The notes under the pieces: generated by a model | Told to the model about the DNA's origin: nothing | The model's database searches: none | The model's input: only the letters and a program-made list of their open reading frames with translations | NCBI GenBank assembly: GCA_951804945.1 | Contig: OX638154.1 | Location: 49,538,001 to 49,602,000, forward strand | Reading direction: 5' to 3' | Origin: Podarcis cretensis | Lineage: Eukaryota | Length of the DNA stretch: 64,000 bases | Program-made: the position numbers and the translations under genes | In this document: piece after piece, positions 39,689-53,517 of the stretch | Layout: the number at the start of each line of letters is the position of its first letter | How positions within the stretch are numbered: position 1 is the stretch's first letter

Positions 39689-40040
39689 AAGGTAAAGGGA
39701 CCCCTGACCATTAGGTCCAGTCGTGGCCGACTCTGGGGTTGCGGTGCTCATCTCGCTTTATTGGCCGGGGGAGCCAGCGTACAGCTTCCGGATCATGTGG
39801 CCAGCATGACTAAGCCGCTTCTGGCGAACCAGAGCAGCACACGGAAACACCGTTTACCTTCCCGCCAGAGCGGTACCTATTTATCTACTTGCACTTTGAC
39901 GTGCTTTTGAACTGCTAGGTTGGTAGGAGCAGGGACCGAGCAATGGGAGCTCACCCCGTCGCGGGGATTCGAACCGCCAACCTTCTGATCGGCAAGCCCT
40001 AGGCTCTGTGGTTTAGACCACAGCACCACCCGCGTCCCTC
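39689..40040 (-). mobile_element. Sauria SINE
   Basis: full body; TSD CTGCTTTTCCTTA. Confidence 0.9.
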
Positions 40041-41935
40041 CTGCTTTTCCTTAGGAAGTCTCTATTTTCACCAGAGAAATGCTAGAGGGTATGCCAACAA
40101 TGAAAGGACAAGTTGATATATATAAAGGACTAATTCTAATACTTGACCAATAAAAAAGAAAAGGAATCAGCCTCGTTCCGGCCAGGCGCACCTCAGAGGA
40201 GCCACCTTTGACGTTGGTATTGCTCAGGCATCAGTCATAAACCATCTCAGGAGATGCCTGGGATTGTCTGCTTGCAAAACAGATTCTCTGCCACTGAGCT
40301 ATAACCCTTCCCACTGACATAAGGCATGGCAATTTAAAAGCTTGATACAGAACCAGCCCCTCCACTTTTTTCACATTAATTTTAAGTTGTGATTATCATG
40401 TACATCACTTCTTTAAAAAATAAAATAACAGAAGCAAATTCTGAGCACAGCAGCTCCTGCCAGACGTTTGTCCCACTTTCATCACTGCCAAGAGGTGGCT
40501 GGTGCTGTGTGATGAAGGCTTCAGGGCCTAATTATGAAGTGGAGACATATATATATATATGCACAGTTCAGAGATGTTATAGAAAGAGGAATGCTGCTGC
40601 TGTTTATTGGGGATGAAGATAGGGTTGGGAGACGATGATGGTTTCTTGTCTGCGGTCCTGTGGGAACCAAGCCCAGATGGAAAGCAAGACCTTTGAATTT
40701 AGGAAGAGAGGAAACTGTCTGAATCAGACCCATTGTCCACACAATGGACAATGCAACTCTCCAGGGTGTCAGAGGAAGGACAGCCCTGTGGCCATGTGGG
40801 AACTGAACCTTTGGCATCCAAAGCATGCGCTTGGGCATTGCACTGTGGCTTTTCCCAATTCTGATAACACAGAATGGCTTGCTTAGAACTTGGCCATTGG
40901 GATCTGAGCTCAATGCAGAAATAGTGCTTTATTTTGCCTATGAAATATCAGGCCATGAGATTGTTGAAGCATGAGGGCTCTATTTTTATAAAAGATGAAT
41001 CTGTACACATGCTGTGGTTGTTTACAGTATGATTATATACAGAATGTTTGCTTTGCATTTTCAATGCTTTCTCGCTACAGTTAAACGACTCCCTGCTTCA
41101 TGTTTGAATTTGCATCAATTATATCTCAGGGGGTGCCTCAGATCTGGTACAGAAAGAAACACCCAGATCATTTGGCTTCTTGGTCTTTCTTCAAAGCATC
41201 CTACACTATAACAATTCTGAGGGCTCATTGATCCACAGCATCAGCAGACTGGTGTATAGAATGGGGTGCAAGGACAGCTGCTCCGTCACAGTACAACAAC
41301 GTGCAACACTGAAACTGGGGCTGTATGTACCTTGTGCTAAAAATAAAATAAAATTCTCTACCATGACAATCTAAACCCTTTACCAGGAAAATCTGAATTA
41401 TGCAGCCTACATAAACCTGCCTCTCACCTATTTTGTGTAATTGCCTTGTTTACTATTTTGCAGAAATTATTCTGGTTCTCTTAGTCATGAGCTGGTGAAG
41501 CTTAGGGTTGTGGGTTTGAGCCTCAATTTGGGCGAAATTTGCATTGCAGGGGGTTGGATTAAATGACCCTCGGGGTCCCTCCCCACTCTACAATTCTATG
41601 ATTCTATGAAGACAAGCACATGGCTATACCCACCCCTATGCATTGGCAATATTATCCAACAGCACTGCTGGCTCTTGAGATTTCAACAGACATTGCCTCT
41701 ATGCTTTCAAGTATAGTGTCAATGCCGTAATAAGCAATAGAACCCTTCTTTTCTTATAAAAAAAAAGAATGAAAATCAAGCTTCTCAGGACACTGAATTC
41801 TGCACTTGAAACCACATTCTGTACTGCAGCATAGATGCAGCCCTATCAGTAGAGCAGCCAAAGGTGCAAACCATCAGCATAGCAACATGTGTCAAGAAAA
41901 TAGCTGCAGTCTGGAAGAGCCCACTGTCTGATTTC

Positions 41936-42730
41936 TAGGGATGGGAGAAAATGTCAATCTCTGTTCCTCTCTGTTTCTCACTTTTCCACCCTTAAGTTCA
42001 GTTCTCCACATGTCCACATCCGTTTTGGAATTTCTTAAGGTCCTCATGAAAATTCATCAGCATTTTAGTATGAATTTCTCCTAATATGCACATTTTTTGT
42101 ATGCGACTTTGCCTAATATAAAGGGACATGGGTGGTGCTATGGGTTAAACCACAGAGCCTAGGACTTGCCAATCAGAAGCTCGGCAGCTTGAATCCCCAC
42201 GACGGGGTGGGCTCCCGTTGCTCGGTCCCTGCTCCTGCCAACCTAGCAGTTCAAAAGCACGAAGCGCAAGTAGATAGATAGGTACCGCTCCGGCAGGAAG
42301 GTAAACAGCGTTTCTGTGCGCTGCTCTGGTTCGCCAGAAGCAGCTTAGTCATGCTGGCCACATGACCCGGAAGCTGTACACCGGCTCCTTCGGCCAATAA
42401 AGCGAGATGAGCGCCACAACCCCAGAGTCAGCCACGACTGGACCTAATGGTCAGGGTTCCCCCCCCCCTTGCCTAATATACACATTTTAGCAAGACAATT
42501 TTCCCAAACATGTTTGTGTGTTATTTTCACTAATGCATACATTCATGCGCACATTTTACACCAGTGTGTGCATTTTTGTACACATTACTTGGCTGGAGAT
42601 TGCATTGCAAAATTTGGAGATGTGTGAATTTCAAAGGATGGCTGTGTTTCAGTTCAGATTTCCTTTCTGAAATTGCAAATTAGGTAAGGTTGCCTTTAGA
42701 TGCTAACAGAATCAAATTTCTCTCCTCCCC
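41936..42730. mobile_element. Older non-autonomous DNA element (TAGGGATG-type ends); other copies at ~45057-45515 (inverted) and ~10056-10637
   Basis: collinear similarity among the three copies (e.g. CTTGGCTGGAGA / TCTCCAGCCAAG, TTATTTTCACTA / TAGTGAAAATAA). Confidence 0.6.
42121..42468 (+). mobile_element. Sauria SINE nested in an older DNA element; tail replaced by a C run
   Basis: full body; TSD TTGCCTAATATA. Confidence 0.88.
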
Positions 42731-42874
42731 CCCCCCCCAATCTCTACAAACTTGCACATAAGTTTTTGTGCAAGGAGATCAAGGGGTGAATGCTCAATAA
42801 ACATCTGAAGGAGCCCTTTGTCTTTCAAACCTTACCTTCACAGGTCTTTTTTTCTTTCTTTTTTACTCTCTTAG

Positions 42875-42928
42875 GTAGTGAATCCCAAAAAGAAAATGAA
42901 GAAAAAGAAATACAATAACTCAGGAACA
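42875..42928 (+). CDS. CPNE5: Copine-5 exon E: VVNPKKKMKKKKYNNSGT
   Basis: long pyrimidine tract + TAG acceptor, GTGAGT donor, 54 nt, phase 0 to 0; lysine-rich copine segment. Confidence 0.93.
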
Positions 42929-43457
42929 GTGAGTAACATTGTTTTAATGTTGGCTTTATGTCACTAAAAAAAAGCTGAACAGTTTTAGGCTTCCCCTGAA
43001 GAACCCTGGGAAATGCTGTTTGTTAAGGAGAGTTGCTTAGAAGCCCCTGTTCCAACACAGAGCAACAATTCCCAGAGTTCTGTGGGAAGAGGGGTTGATT
43101 GCTAAAGTACTCTGGGAATTGTAGCTTACAGCCCTCACAACTGTTAACAAACTACAGTTCTCAGGATTATTTGGGGAAAGCTATGATTGTTAAAGTGGTA
43201 TCATAGCCCATTAAATATAGATTGTGGGTGGGGCCTCTTGTGTCCTGGCTATGTTTGTTGCGAACATATCACATATCTTTAGGCGCCAAGCAAAAACATG
43301 TCTCTTCTCCCAGGTCTTTGGCTAAATAAACAGTCTATGGCCTTTTAAACTGCGGTGGGTATCGCTTTTGTTTGTCACCATGTTATATATTTTTGTGTTT
43401 TTATATTGTAAACCTCCCTGTGCTCCTCGGATGAAGGATGGTATAGAAATCTAATTA

Positions 43458-43701
43458 CAGTCATACTTCATGTTACGTTCTTTCAGGTTATGTCCCACGG
43501 CGACCCGGAAGTATTGGAAAGGGTTACTTTCGGGTTTTGCCGCTCACACATGCGCAGGCACACAAAATGACGTCACGCGTGTGCACAGAAGCAGGGAATT
43601 GCAACCCGCGCGTGCGCAGACGCGTCGCTGCGGGTTGCGCTCTTTTCATGTTGCGAACGGGCCTCCGGAACAGATCCTGTTCGCAACCAGAGATACCACT
43701 G
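43458..43701. mobile_element. CpG-rich Tigger-like MITE
   Basis: TA-CAGTCATAC...GATACCACTG-TA. Confidence 0.75.
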
Positions 43702-44685
43702 TAATAAATAATACCTTATTCACACCCGTTCTCTGCCTAAGAGCAGGGCCAGCCCCACCCATTGGGAAGGGTCGTAGCTCAGTTGTGGAGCACATGCTTA
43801 AAATACAGAAGGCCCCAAGTTCCAGGGCTGACCCAAGATATTGCTGCCTGAGGCAGCAAGATGACACTTCCCTCTCTCATTCTATGTATAGAAACTGTGT
43901 ACAAGATTAGCAAGAGACTCCTAATGGCAAGGCTGTGGGTTCGAGTTCCATGTTGGGCAAAAGGTTCCTGCATTGCAGGGGTTGGGCTCGATGTTCCTTG
44001 CGGTCCCTTCCAGCTCTATGATTCTATGACAGTTAAATCTTATTTAAACACTGATTATAAGAAAGCACACCTGAGAGCAGCAAGCCAGCTTAGGGGGCAC
44101 AGATCAGGCCACGAGGCACACACAACTCTGACCTCCAACACCTCACTTCTACCACTCACAGCCTCCCAGGATCTGCTGCCTGAGGCAGCTGTCTCACTCT
44201 GCCTAACTGCAGAGCCAACTCTGCCATGTTTAGTCTTTGGCATCTCCAGCTTAGACCAAGAAAGAGTCCTGTTCAAAACCCTGGAGAGCCCCTGCAATTC
44301 AACCTAGATAATACTGAGCAAGATGGACCAACAGTCTGACTTTGTGCAAGGCAGTTTTCTACACCCAACATCCTCTGCCTAGTATGTAACGCACCAGCTT
44401 ACTATAGCAACTGTGGGACAGGAAATAGGCAGGAGAGAGAGCCTATGGTTTCCCAATTCAGCATCAGCACACTTTTAAAGCTGTGAGACAATTCTCCAAG
44501 TTGTGATCTGGCAACTTTATAAAAACGGGATTTGTTCTCACTGAATTTAAGAAATTGATTTCCCATGGCAAAGGGTGGTGAACGTTGGTTCCAAAATTTT
44601 GAAAATAAGGCTACACAATCCTCCTGGAAATGGGAGTGGTTATTTGGGGCTGGAAAAATCAAGGCACTAATGATGTGGCCCCATG

Positions 44686-44745
44686 CTCACCAGTATCACC
44701 CTCACCAGTATCACCCTCACCAGTATCACCCTCACCAGTATCACC
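44686..44745. repeat. Perfect 15-bp tandem repeat (CTCACCAGTATCACC)x4
   Basis: directly visible. Confidence 0.95.
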
Positions 44746-44808
44746 CTCCTGCCTGTAACTACTTCGTTGTTTCCTGTATAACAGCATCCCCATTTCTCTA
44801 CTTTCAAG

Positions 44809-44870
44809 GTGACGTTGCTCTCGTTTGCTACAGAATCAGAGCACACGTTTCTAGACTATATCAAAGGAGG
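44809..44870 (+). CDS. CPNE5: Copine-5 exon F: VTLLSFATESEHTFLDYIKG(G)
   Basis: AAG acceptor, GTGAGT donor, 62 nt, phase 0 to 2; FLDYIKGG motif. Confidence 0.92.
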
Positions 44871-45056
44871 GTGAGTAGATTCTCTTTCTGCACACATTGG
44901 GTGTTTGGGAGGGGATACGTGCAAGCAGAGGGCCACTGGCTGTTTCTACGCTGAACAAAACCAAGTGTCTTCAAGAGGAGTGTCAGGTCTGAGTGTCCTG
45001 TTTCACTCTAGAGATGCTGTACCCGCAGGATGTAAAACTATTTGCATACAGCAGAC

Positions 45057-45515
45057 TGGGGATGAGGGAGAGATTCAATTCAGTTTGCATTTGAAGGCGA
45101 ATGTATCAAATTTGCACTTTCTGAAACCATAGGCAAATGGAAACGCGGCTATCTTTTATAATTTGCACTTCTCCAAATGCTGTGGTGCAGTTCTCCAGCC
45201 AAGCAATATTTACAAAAATAATAATAAATGCCTATATTCGGAGCTAGTGTGCATAAAAAGCAATACGCTAGTGAAAATAACATACAGAAATGGATTATAT
45301 TAGGGGGGGTCTGCTTGCAAAAATGTGTATGTTAGCCATCACTGCACATAAAATGTGTTTATTACAAGAAATTGTCATAAACAATTAGTGATGAATTTTT
45401 GAGCGTGTTTTTTATGAAAAAAACTCAAATTGCTGCAGAAACATGGTGAACCAAATTTTAGATAGAAAAAATGAGATGCTGAGAGAACTGAAATTGACAG
45501 GTCCTTCTATTCCTA
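45057..45515. mobile_element. Second copy of the TAGGGATG-type DNA element, inverted relative to 41936-42730
   Basis: reverse-complement similarity along its length; ends TATTCCTA. Confidence 0.6.
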
Positions 45516-47749
45516 CTGAAGACAGAATACTATGTGTTATTCAGGATCTTTAATGTCATGATAAATTTTTCAGATTTTCAGAACACAGACTCTTGATTTT
45601 GAGCTGTGAATTTTTAAAGTGAATTCAAATTTCTATCTCAGAAGTGTTTCCGTTAGAATCAAAGTACCCAGCAAATTGTACAAGCAGAGCAATCCTGAGC
45701 ATGTCTACCACTAAGCAAGTCCTACCAACTTCAGTGGAGCTTTACTCCCAAGTAACAATGTATAGGATTGTAACCTAACAAAATTTAATATATGTCTGTT
45801 CTTTCTGAAGAACAAAAGCTCATGTACTAAAAAAAATACACTTCTTTGGACTATTTGGTGCTCAAAAGCAGAGAAATTATATTTGAATTCCCCAAACCAC
45901 TTTTTGACTAAAACACAAGTCTTGCTGCTGATACACAAACTGAAAACAGATTTTTAGCTGTTGATTTATTTCCACGTGTAAATTTCTCCCAATGTAACCT
46001 GTTTCAATGGGCTGTAGTGAGGTCAAAATGGAGGATAAACAATGTACACAACCCTTAGTGACTTGGTGGAAAGGCAAAATAGAAGTGGTATAAAGGACTA
46101 TAGCTCCTCCTTCCCATGAAAAATAAATTAAATTGAGAGATTGCAACTAACACAAGCGAGCTTCACCTCAGTGAGGTTTTGAACCCAGTTCTCCTCAGTT
46201 CTAGACTGACACTCTAAGCACTACAAAAAGCAGGCTCTCTGAGCCATCACAGTGACATCTTCTTCTGTAACAGCAGTGTGAACTTTTAGTCTCATGCCAG
46301 TAAAGGTAAATAAGCCTTCTACAAGCAGGTGCATTTTATATTCTCATGAGATTAGGTGGAAACTTCTAGGGATTTGACCAAAACCCTAAAGGAAAGTGCA
46401 CAGCCTGCAGAGCCAGGAAGTATATAAAATGCATCACAAAGTTCCACTGATGGAGTCTTTGCTAACAGATAAAATTCAACTGATCTCCCAAAAGATATAT
46501 GTTAATCTCCTGGGATGACAACCTTCTATGGGGGAAACAGAGTGGCCTGTAATAGAGAAACCAAAGCACATCAAAAATAAAGTCAACTGCTGCCGAAATC
46601 CCATAATGGAGAAGAATGAAAGATGGTGAACAATATCAATGTGCTGGGAGGGAAGGTATCTGTACCTGGGAAGATGCATGAGGAAGAAAAACAGTCAGCC
46701 ACCCTTTACCTAAACATGTTGGTAGTCTGGAAACTTGCTACAAATAAGAAGGGCATCCTGGTCTGGAAAAGACCTTTAAGACACAAGCAACTAAAGAGTA
46801 GAAGGCATGGCTGATGATTAGATCAGCAGAGATTGGGTCAGTACTATTTTCTGATTTCATCTTAGAGGATAGAGCCAAACTACTTACCATCTTACACCAA
46901 AAGCGGCTGCTTGACGTAGGCCTCTCAGAATGAAAAGAAAAGAAAAATCTCGAACCAATTTTACAGCACTGTCAGACTCCTGGTGACCGTCTGTCCTGTC
47001 AACAATTCTGTTTGCCCATCCCTGACAAGTTCCCACATATTTTGAGTATTAGGGATTATGGTTTCCAGGCAGAGCCGAGCACTGGTTTCTATTTAGAAAT
47101 TAGGCACTGGACGTGATGCTCGCCTTCAGATATGGGCATTTGTGTTGGCTTTGCCTGTTTCAGCCACCCCAGAGTTACACTAGTTCAGCATCCTCCTTGT
47201 GCGAGAAAGCAACACTGTCCAGTCACAAAAGATTCTGCCAGAGATCAATTTGCTCCTCTTGAGTGGCAACAGACTCTCGGAATCAATACAAGTTCATTCA
47301 GAGCACTTAACAACAATCAGGTTGTTAGGCCTTTATTAACTTGTCAGAAGAATTCCTAAAAGAACAAGATTTAGATTTGATTAAAAAAGGAAAAAAAGCT
47401 TAAAGGTCACAGAGATTTCTACAGTTTATTCTGTAACGAAGCAGAGTCAGAATTGTTCATCAGCAAGCAAACACACGTTCCTTGAATTACAGAGCATGGC
47501 ATTCCCATCCGTTGAAGGCCAGAGCTCTATTACCTCTCCCAAACAAGGAATTAAATATGTTTCCTCTCATAACATTTTTATGGGCTGGAATTCCATCAAT
47601 TTCATCTCAAAATAAGGTATTTAATTATGCGCCAGTTTAATAGCTTGTTAATTATTCCTTTCCTTTCTTGAGTTATCTGCCCTCTCACTTAGTGGGGGTG
47701 AACTGGGATTCCCAACAGGACTATTTTACCAAGCTTGTTTCATATATAT

Positions 47750-48100
47750 ATATTTATGATTTTTATATACATTGCAGTAGTAGTTTAACAGTAAATCAAA
47801 CATTTCAAAACTTGACTTCCCCCTCTTTCTGCAGTTCATTAATTTTTTTATCATAATTCCCTACATATATAAAGTTATATTAAATCCTTCTTTTATTAAT
47901 CTATTTTCATATATCTATATTTTAAAAACCGCAGGTTATTACAATAGTCCTGCCAGTGTTTTTATCTGTTTGCAATTTGAGTGTAAATATTCAATATATT
48001 TCCATTCCTTTATAAAAAGTTTGTTATCCTAGTTTTTTATTCTTCTGGTAAGTTTTGCCATTTCTGCATGATCCATAAATTAAGCTTGTTTCATTCACAG
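47750..48100 (-). mobile_element. 5'-truncated L1 3' fragment
   Basis: GACTTCCCCC 3'UTR motif and ORF2 end (AEMAKLT...FIKEW). Confidence 0.6.
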
Positions 48101-49071
48101 ACTGGTGCTGGAGAGCCATTAGCCAGCTAGGCAAAGATTCATTTTCTTTATTACTTCTTTTGCAATACTTTAATGATATTTTTTTTATTAGTATTGAATT
48201 TACACTTAGGTCCAGCAATATGTCTATCAATACCTGTGAGAAAGGTTCAGAGGTAATTATGCAGAGAAACAGTGGGAGGAGTTGCCTTCAAGTCCTGCTT
48301 TTGGGCTTCCCAGTAGCTTCTTAACAGACAATGTAGGAAACAGGACGATGGACAACATGGAGCCTTGCAAAAGCTGGGTTCTTATGTCCCTGTATTCTTA
48401 TCCTCAAATCTCCAAGGAAATACCATACCGTTGCCATTTAACTCCAACCTTCTTAATCACACACACACACCCTTTTATGCCCCTGTTGCCTGTATGTGTG
48501 TGTGCCTGTGTGTATATATAGTGGCAAATGAGGATCACGCTCCATGTATCTGCACTAGTTCTGGTACCCCAATGGATCTCAGCAGCAAAACAAAAAGTCC
48601 TTTCCCACTGGCCTTGTCTCTGCCTATCTAACCAGAAGTTAAAAATGTTATCTTCCATTGACAGCCGCATTCTTTCATTACGGTGGTTGCACAACATCTG
48701 AAGGAAGGGTCTGTCATGGGAGCAGCTGATATTGACTGAGGGTAGGAGATGACAGGCTTGGAATTTCATCTGAGAAGGCTGCCAGAGAAATGTCTGCAGG
48801 CAGCTTTTTCAGTCATCCCTTTTATCAGCACTAATGTTAGCTGTCCTCTAAACCACTGTTCTTCATCCACTGGGATGGAGCCCAGAAATGGGACTTGCTT
48901 CGTACCAGTCCTAGTAAGACAAAGAAAACATAATGTATAACTGATGTGCTGTGCTGTTAGCAATGCCACTTGGCACAGTCACCTGACATTTATAACTATT
49001 GGTTTATCATCAGTTATTGAAGACAGTGTAATGCAGCAACAGTTGAATCCTAATCTGGCAACTCTGTACAC

Positions 49072-49322
49072 CATGGGTAGGCAAACTAAGGCCCCGGGGG
49101 CCGGATCCAGCCCAATCGCCTTCTAAATTCGGCCTGCAGACGGTCAGGGAATCAGCGTGTTTTTACATGAGTAGAATGTGTGCTTTTATTTAAATGCATC
49201 TCTGGGTTATTTGTGGAGCATAGGAATTCGTTAATTTCCCCAACAAAATATAGTCCAGGCCCCCCCCCACAAGGTTTGAGGGACAGTGGACCGGCCCCCT
49301 GCTGAAAAAGTTTGCTGACCTT
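49072..49322. mobile_element. hAT (Charlie-like) MITE
   Basis: CATGGGTAGGCAAACT...AGTTTGCTGACC; TSD CTGTAC(A/C)C. Confidence 0.65.
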
Positions 49323-50411
49323 CTGTACCCCATGGGCCAGCAACATGGCAGCCACAGGTACAGAGGTGTCAACAAAGGTTTTCCCTGACGACCATCCCCA
49401 CCTGCCTTCCACAACAAAATGAGCTTGAAAGAAGCCTTCTTTAACCAATAGAACAGTTACTTCAAGCCTATGTGGAATCCAAAGAAGGTTACATTGGGGA
49501 AAGGAGAGGTGTGGTGCCCACAACAACATATCCATTTTGCAAATGTGTCCATGCCCCCACCCCCAAAAAAGGTTGGTGACCCCAGGTGAATACACTTAGG
49601 AGCTTAAAGCCCCATAGTACTCAGTTCCAGGGGCATACCTAGGGGTTGGTGAGTTTGGCACCCAGCAATGGCACAGGACCAGGGGCCCTCCTAAATCACA
49701 CCTTTCCACTCTGGCCCTGAGTAGCTAGGAGCCTGCCTGCCCATCTGCATGTTCCCTGGGCTGCTCCTCCACTGCTCTGGATAGCTGGGCACATCTCCTC
49801 GCCTAGAGTGCAAGGGTCAGGAGGTGCCAATACAGCTCCTTGCCAAGGGCACAAGGGAGCCTAGGTACACCTCCGCTCAGTTCTGTGTTGATGTATGGGG
49901 ATTTGGGCTACAGGTTCCTTAACAGTGAGCCATCACCCGGAAAAGAAGAATTTCATCTTTTCCAGCATTATGCTGTGCCTCTGAAGAAGATAAAGTGGCT
50001 GGGCTGTGGTGCGTACTGCATTCATGCCCTAGTTTTCAAATAGGCTCTGGGGAATCATTGAATTAAAAGAAAGATGTTACAAGGGAGCCTCTCAGCCTAC
50101 TGACATCCTGCAATGAAAAGCAGCATGTTTGGTCTGTGTATTAATTGGGGGTGTTTTACCAACCCTCCCTTTTCATATGTCAAGAGCAACGGCGCTCTAG
50201 CCAAGGTCCACTGGCTCAGGCAGAGGACTTGGAGAGTTCAGTTTTGTTTAACCTTGGTCAAGTCAACGAGAACCCAGGCAACCCAGTTTGCCTGATTATG
50301 GTTTTGTGGTCTATCATTTGTGGTATAAAATGTGTGTTATGATGCCAGCTGAAAAGATAGCAGGATTTGGTCAAATTGGCCTAATTAGCCAAAAACTATC
50401 CAGCAATGGTA

Positions 50412-50810
50412 TAGGGAGACGGGTGGCGCTGTGGGTTAAACCACAGAGCCTAGGACTTGCTGATCAGAAGGTTGCGGTTCGAATCCCTGCGACGGGGTGA
50501 GCTCCCATTGCTCATTCCCTGCTCCTGCCAACCTAGCAGTTCGAAAGCACATCAAAGTGCAAGTAGATAAATAGGTACCGCTCCGGCGGGAAGGTAAACG
50601 GCGTTTCCGTGCGCTGCTCTGGTTCGCCAGAGTGGCTTAGTCATGCTGGCCACATGACCCGGAAGCTGTATGCTGGCTCCCTCGGCCAATAAAGCGAGAT
50701 GAGCGCCGCAGCCCCAGAGTTGGTCACGACTGAACCTAATGGTCAGGGGTCCCTTTACCTTTACCTTTACCTTTACCTTTACCTTTACCTTTACCTTTAC
50801 CTTTACCTTT
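50412..50810 (+). mobile_element. Sauria SINE with a long perfect (ACCTTT)n tail
   Basis: full body; TSD ATCCAGCAATGGTA. Confidence 0.92.
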
Positions 50811-52271
50811 ATCCAGCAATGGTAGCTTTACTCACAGCTTCAGAAGTTTCTGGGACTTGGAGCTGTTGCAGTTGGGAGAAAGGGAAGCAGCTGAGAAATG
50901 TGCAATCCTCTTACTCTGGGTGGCCTAGAAGAATCGAGGCTCCACATCTTAAAAATTCCTATTTGGCTTCTGCTGAAAGGATAAAATGGAAGTGTAGAGA
51001 ACAGCTTGCCATGCGATTAGCTCCTCTGTTTCCCCCTGGAAAGATGGGATTATGTATGAAGAATCAGACTTCTGTTTTTCAACCTGAACAGTAGTAAAGT
51101 CACAGGGTTAGGGAGCAATCCCAAGCAGATGTAGTTATTTGGGGGGGGGGGTGCTGGATGAATCCCCCAGGTGCCAATAAGTGGATGCTGACTTTCTTTG
51201 CCTGCTGCATTCCTCCCCATAGCCTTTCTCCCCACTATCTAGCTCTAGCTAGGCTCCAATATTATAAATTAACCCAGCCATGGAAAAAACTGAGGGTGGG
51301 AGGGTTAGGAGGAATAGGAAGAGGATGGATGGTTCAGCACCCCCATCCCTATAATGATACTGTTATAATAATGTTTTGTGGTGATGACACATTTCCAAAG
51401 GCAAGAGCCTGCTGCTCTCACATATATTTGAGAGAAAACACATGTTGGCACAGATTCCTGAGAAGAAACATGTTTGACACCACATGGCAGTGTCAAACAT
51501 GTTTCTTCTCAGGAATCTGTACCAACATGCAGGAACTCTTTTAACACCCAGTCTTGTGTATGTTTACTCAGAAGTAAGCCCCCACTATGTCCAGCAGGCT
51601 TTGCTCTCCAGTACTGTGCAAAAAGCTAAACATTGTCTACGTAGGCTGTTGAGGATCCCAAGGAATATGGTGCCACTATCTGTTGTGTGTGCCTGTTATG
51701 TAGGTTGAATCCAGTATTAGTTCTGCTCAGAGTAGACCCATTTATACTGATGGGCAATACTAACTTTGGTATATTAATTCCAGGGATTCTTCTCTGAGTG
51801 GAACTTAGTTGGTTAAAACCTTGTGATTTTACTTTTGAACTGTTTTGTTGTTTTAATAAAGAACTTTGTCCTGGTTGCCTTCGGGGACCCCCCCCCCAAC
51901 CTGACAGTATGAGGTATTAGTTAGAATCCGTGAATAAAATAAATAATATAGAAACATTGGTTGCTCACAAAGTATCTGCCAATTGCTGTGGCCAAGTGTG
52001 TATAGAAGGCACATGACAGCATAACCCGTCTTTTTGCATCTTCTCTCAACTCTAAAGAGAGAGATTCAAAAACTGAATCCAACTCTGAATGATTACAAAA
52101 CGCAAGGTTTGTGGGAGACAGATGGAAAGAGAAAGGAGCCAGGAAAGAGATGGATAAGTGGTGTTCTAGACATTCACTTGGGTTGGTCATTCCACTCAAA
52201 GGTTCTGAGCTAATCAAAATGCTTATAGATTTATCAGTCTGACTAAGTAATGTGATGTGACATTTTTTCAG

Positions 52272-52318
52272 GACGCAGATCAATTTCACAGTGGCCATTG
52301 ACTTCACAGCTTCCAATG
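52272..52318 (+). CDS. CPNE5: Copine-5 exon G (vWA start): TQINFTVAIDFTASN(G)
   Basis: ttttcag acceptor, GTAAGT donor, 47 nt; MIDAS-like DFTAS. Confidence 0.93.
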
Positions 52319-52666
52319 GTAAGTTTTTTACAGCAGATGTCTCGCAGAGCTGCTGTTAAGTTTTTGTTCACTTGATTTCCCAATGTTTAAATAATTCTTT
52401 TTGGAGAGGCACGTATTTCTTGAAGTTGTTAAATCTACAGTGCAATCTACAGGCATGTTTTCTCAAAAGTGTTCATTGTGTTCAATTGTACGTCTGCGTA
52501 GGACTGTAGCCTAGAGGCATAATACCATATGTGCCTAGTCAGAAATAAGTTATATCACTTTTGCTGCAGTTTACCTCTGAGTAAGTGTGTTGTATCTTCA
52601 ACCTTGGAAGGTGGGATACATCTTAGGAGCTTCCTCTGTTCCTAAGGCTTCATGCAGACCTCATGA

Positions 52667-53020
<354 letters not shown>

Positions 53021-53517
53021 TGATGAAGGAAAAATCCCCATGTTCTCCTTCAGCAGGAACTTTTCACCAATAGCAGAATCCTTAAATCTATTAGACTAAA
53101 ATCCTATACACATTTGCTTGGGAGCAAGCTTCATTAAACATAGTAGGAAGTACTCCTGAGCAAACATGAATAGGTTTGCACTATATACCTTTGCTTTCTC
53201 ATGTGATGGTCTCATCCTTGAAGGCTTACCTGGCAAGGAACATCTGAGAGTCCTGGGGCTGACTTAGATAAGTTTGGGGCTAGTTTCTTTGTCTCTCTTT
53301 GAAAAGTTGACATGAGCTTCAGATGCAAAGAAGAATCATCATTTTCATTTGCTGTTGCTGTCCCTCTAAATCCCAAGAGGCAGCTCCCTTTGCATCAGCG
53401 TAATATCTGATTGGTGACATTTTTTGCACTCCCATAGCTAGCAGATCCTCTAGCCAATGTATTGATCTCTGCCGATGGTCGTCCATCAGCTGAGCCAAAC
53501 ACTGAGAATGGGGTGGA

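Noticed and set aside
44565-44954. 129-aa ORF with (HQYHP)n overlapping exon F
   Set aside because: Different frame from the conserved exon; the repeat derives from the VNTR; no supporting homology recognised.
50699-51094. ORF containing (LY)n
   Set aside because: Translation of the SINE (ACCTTT)n tail.
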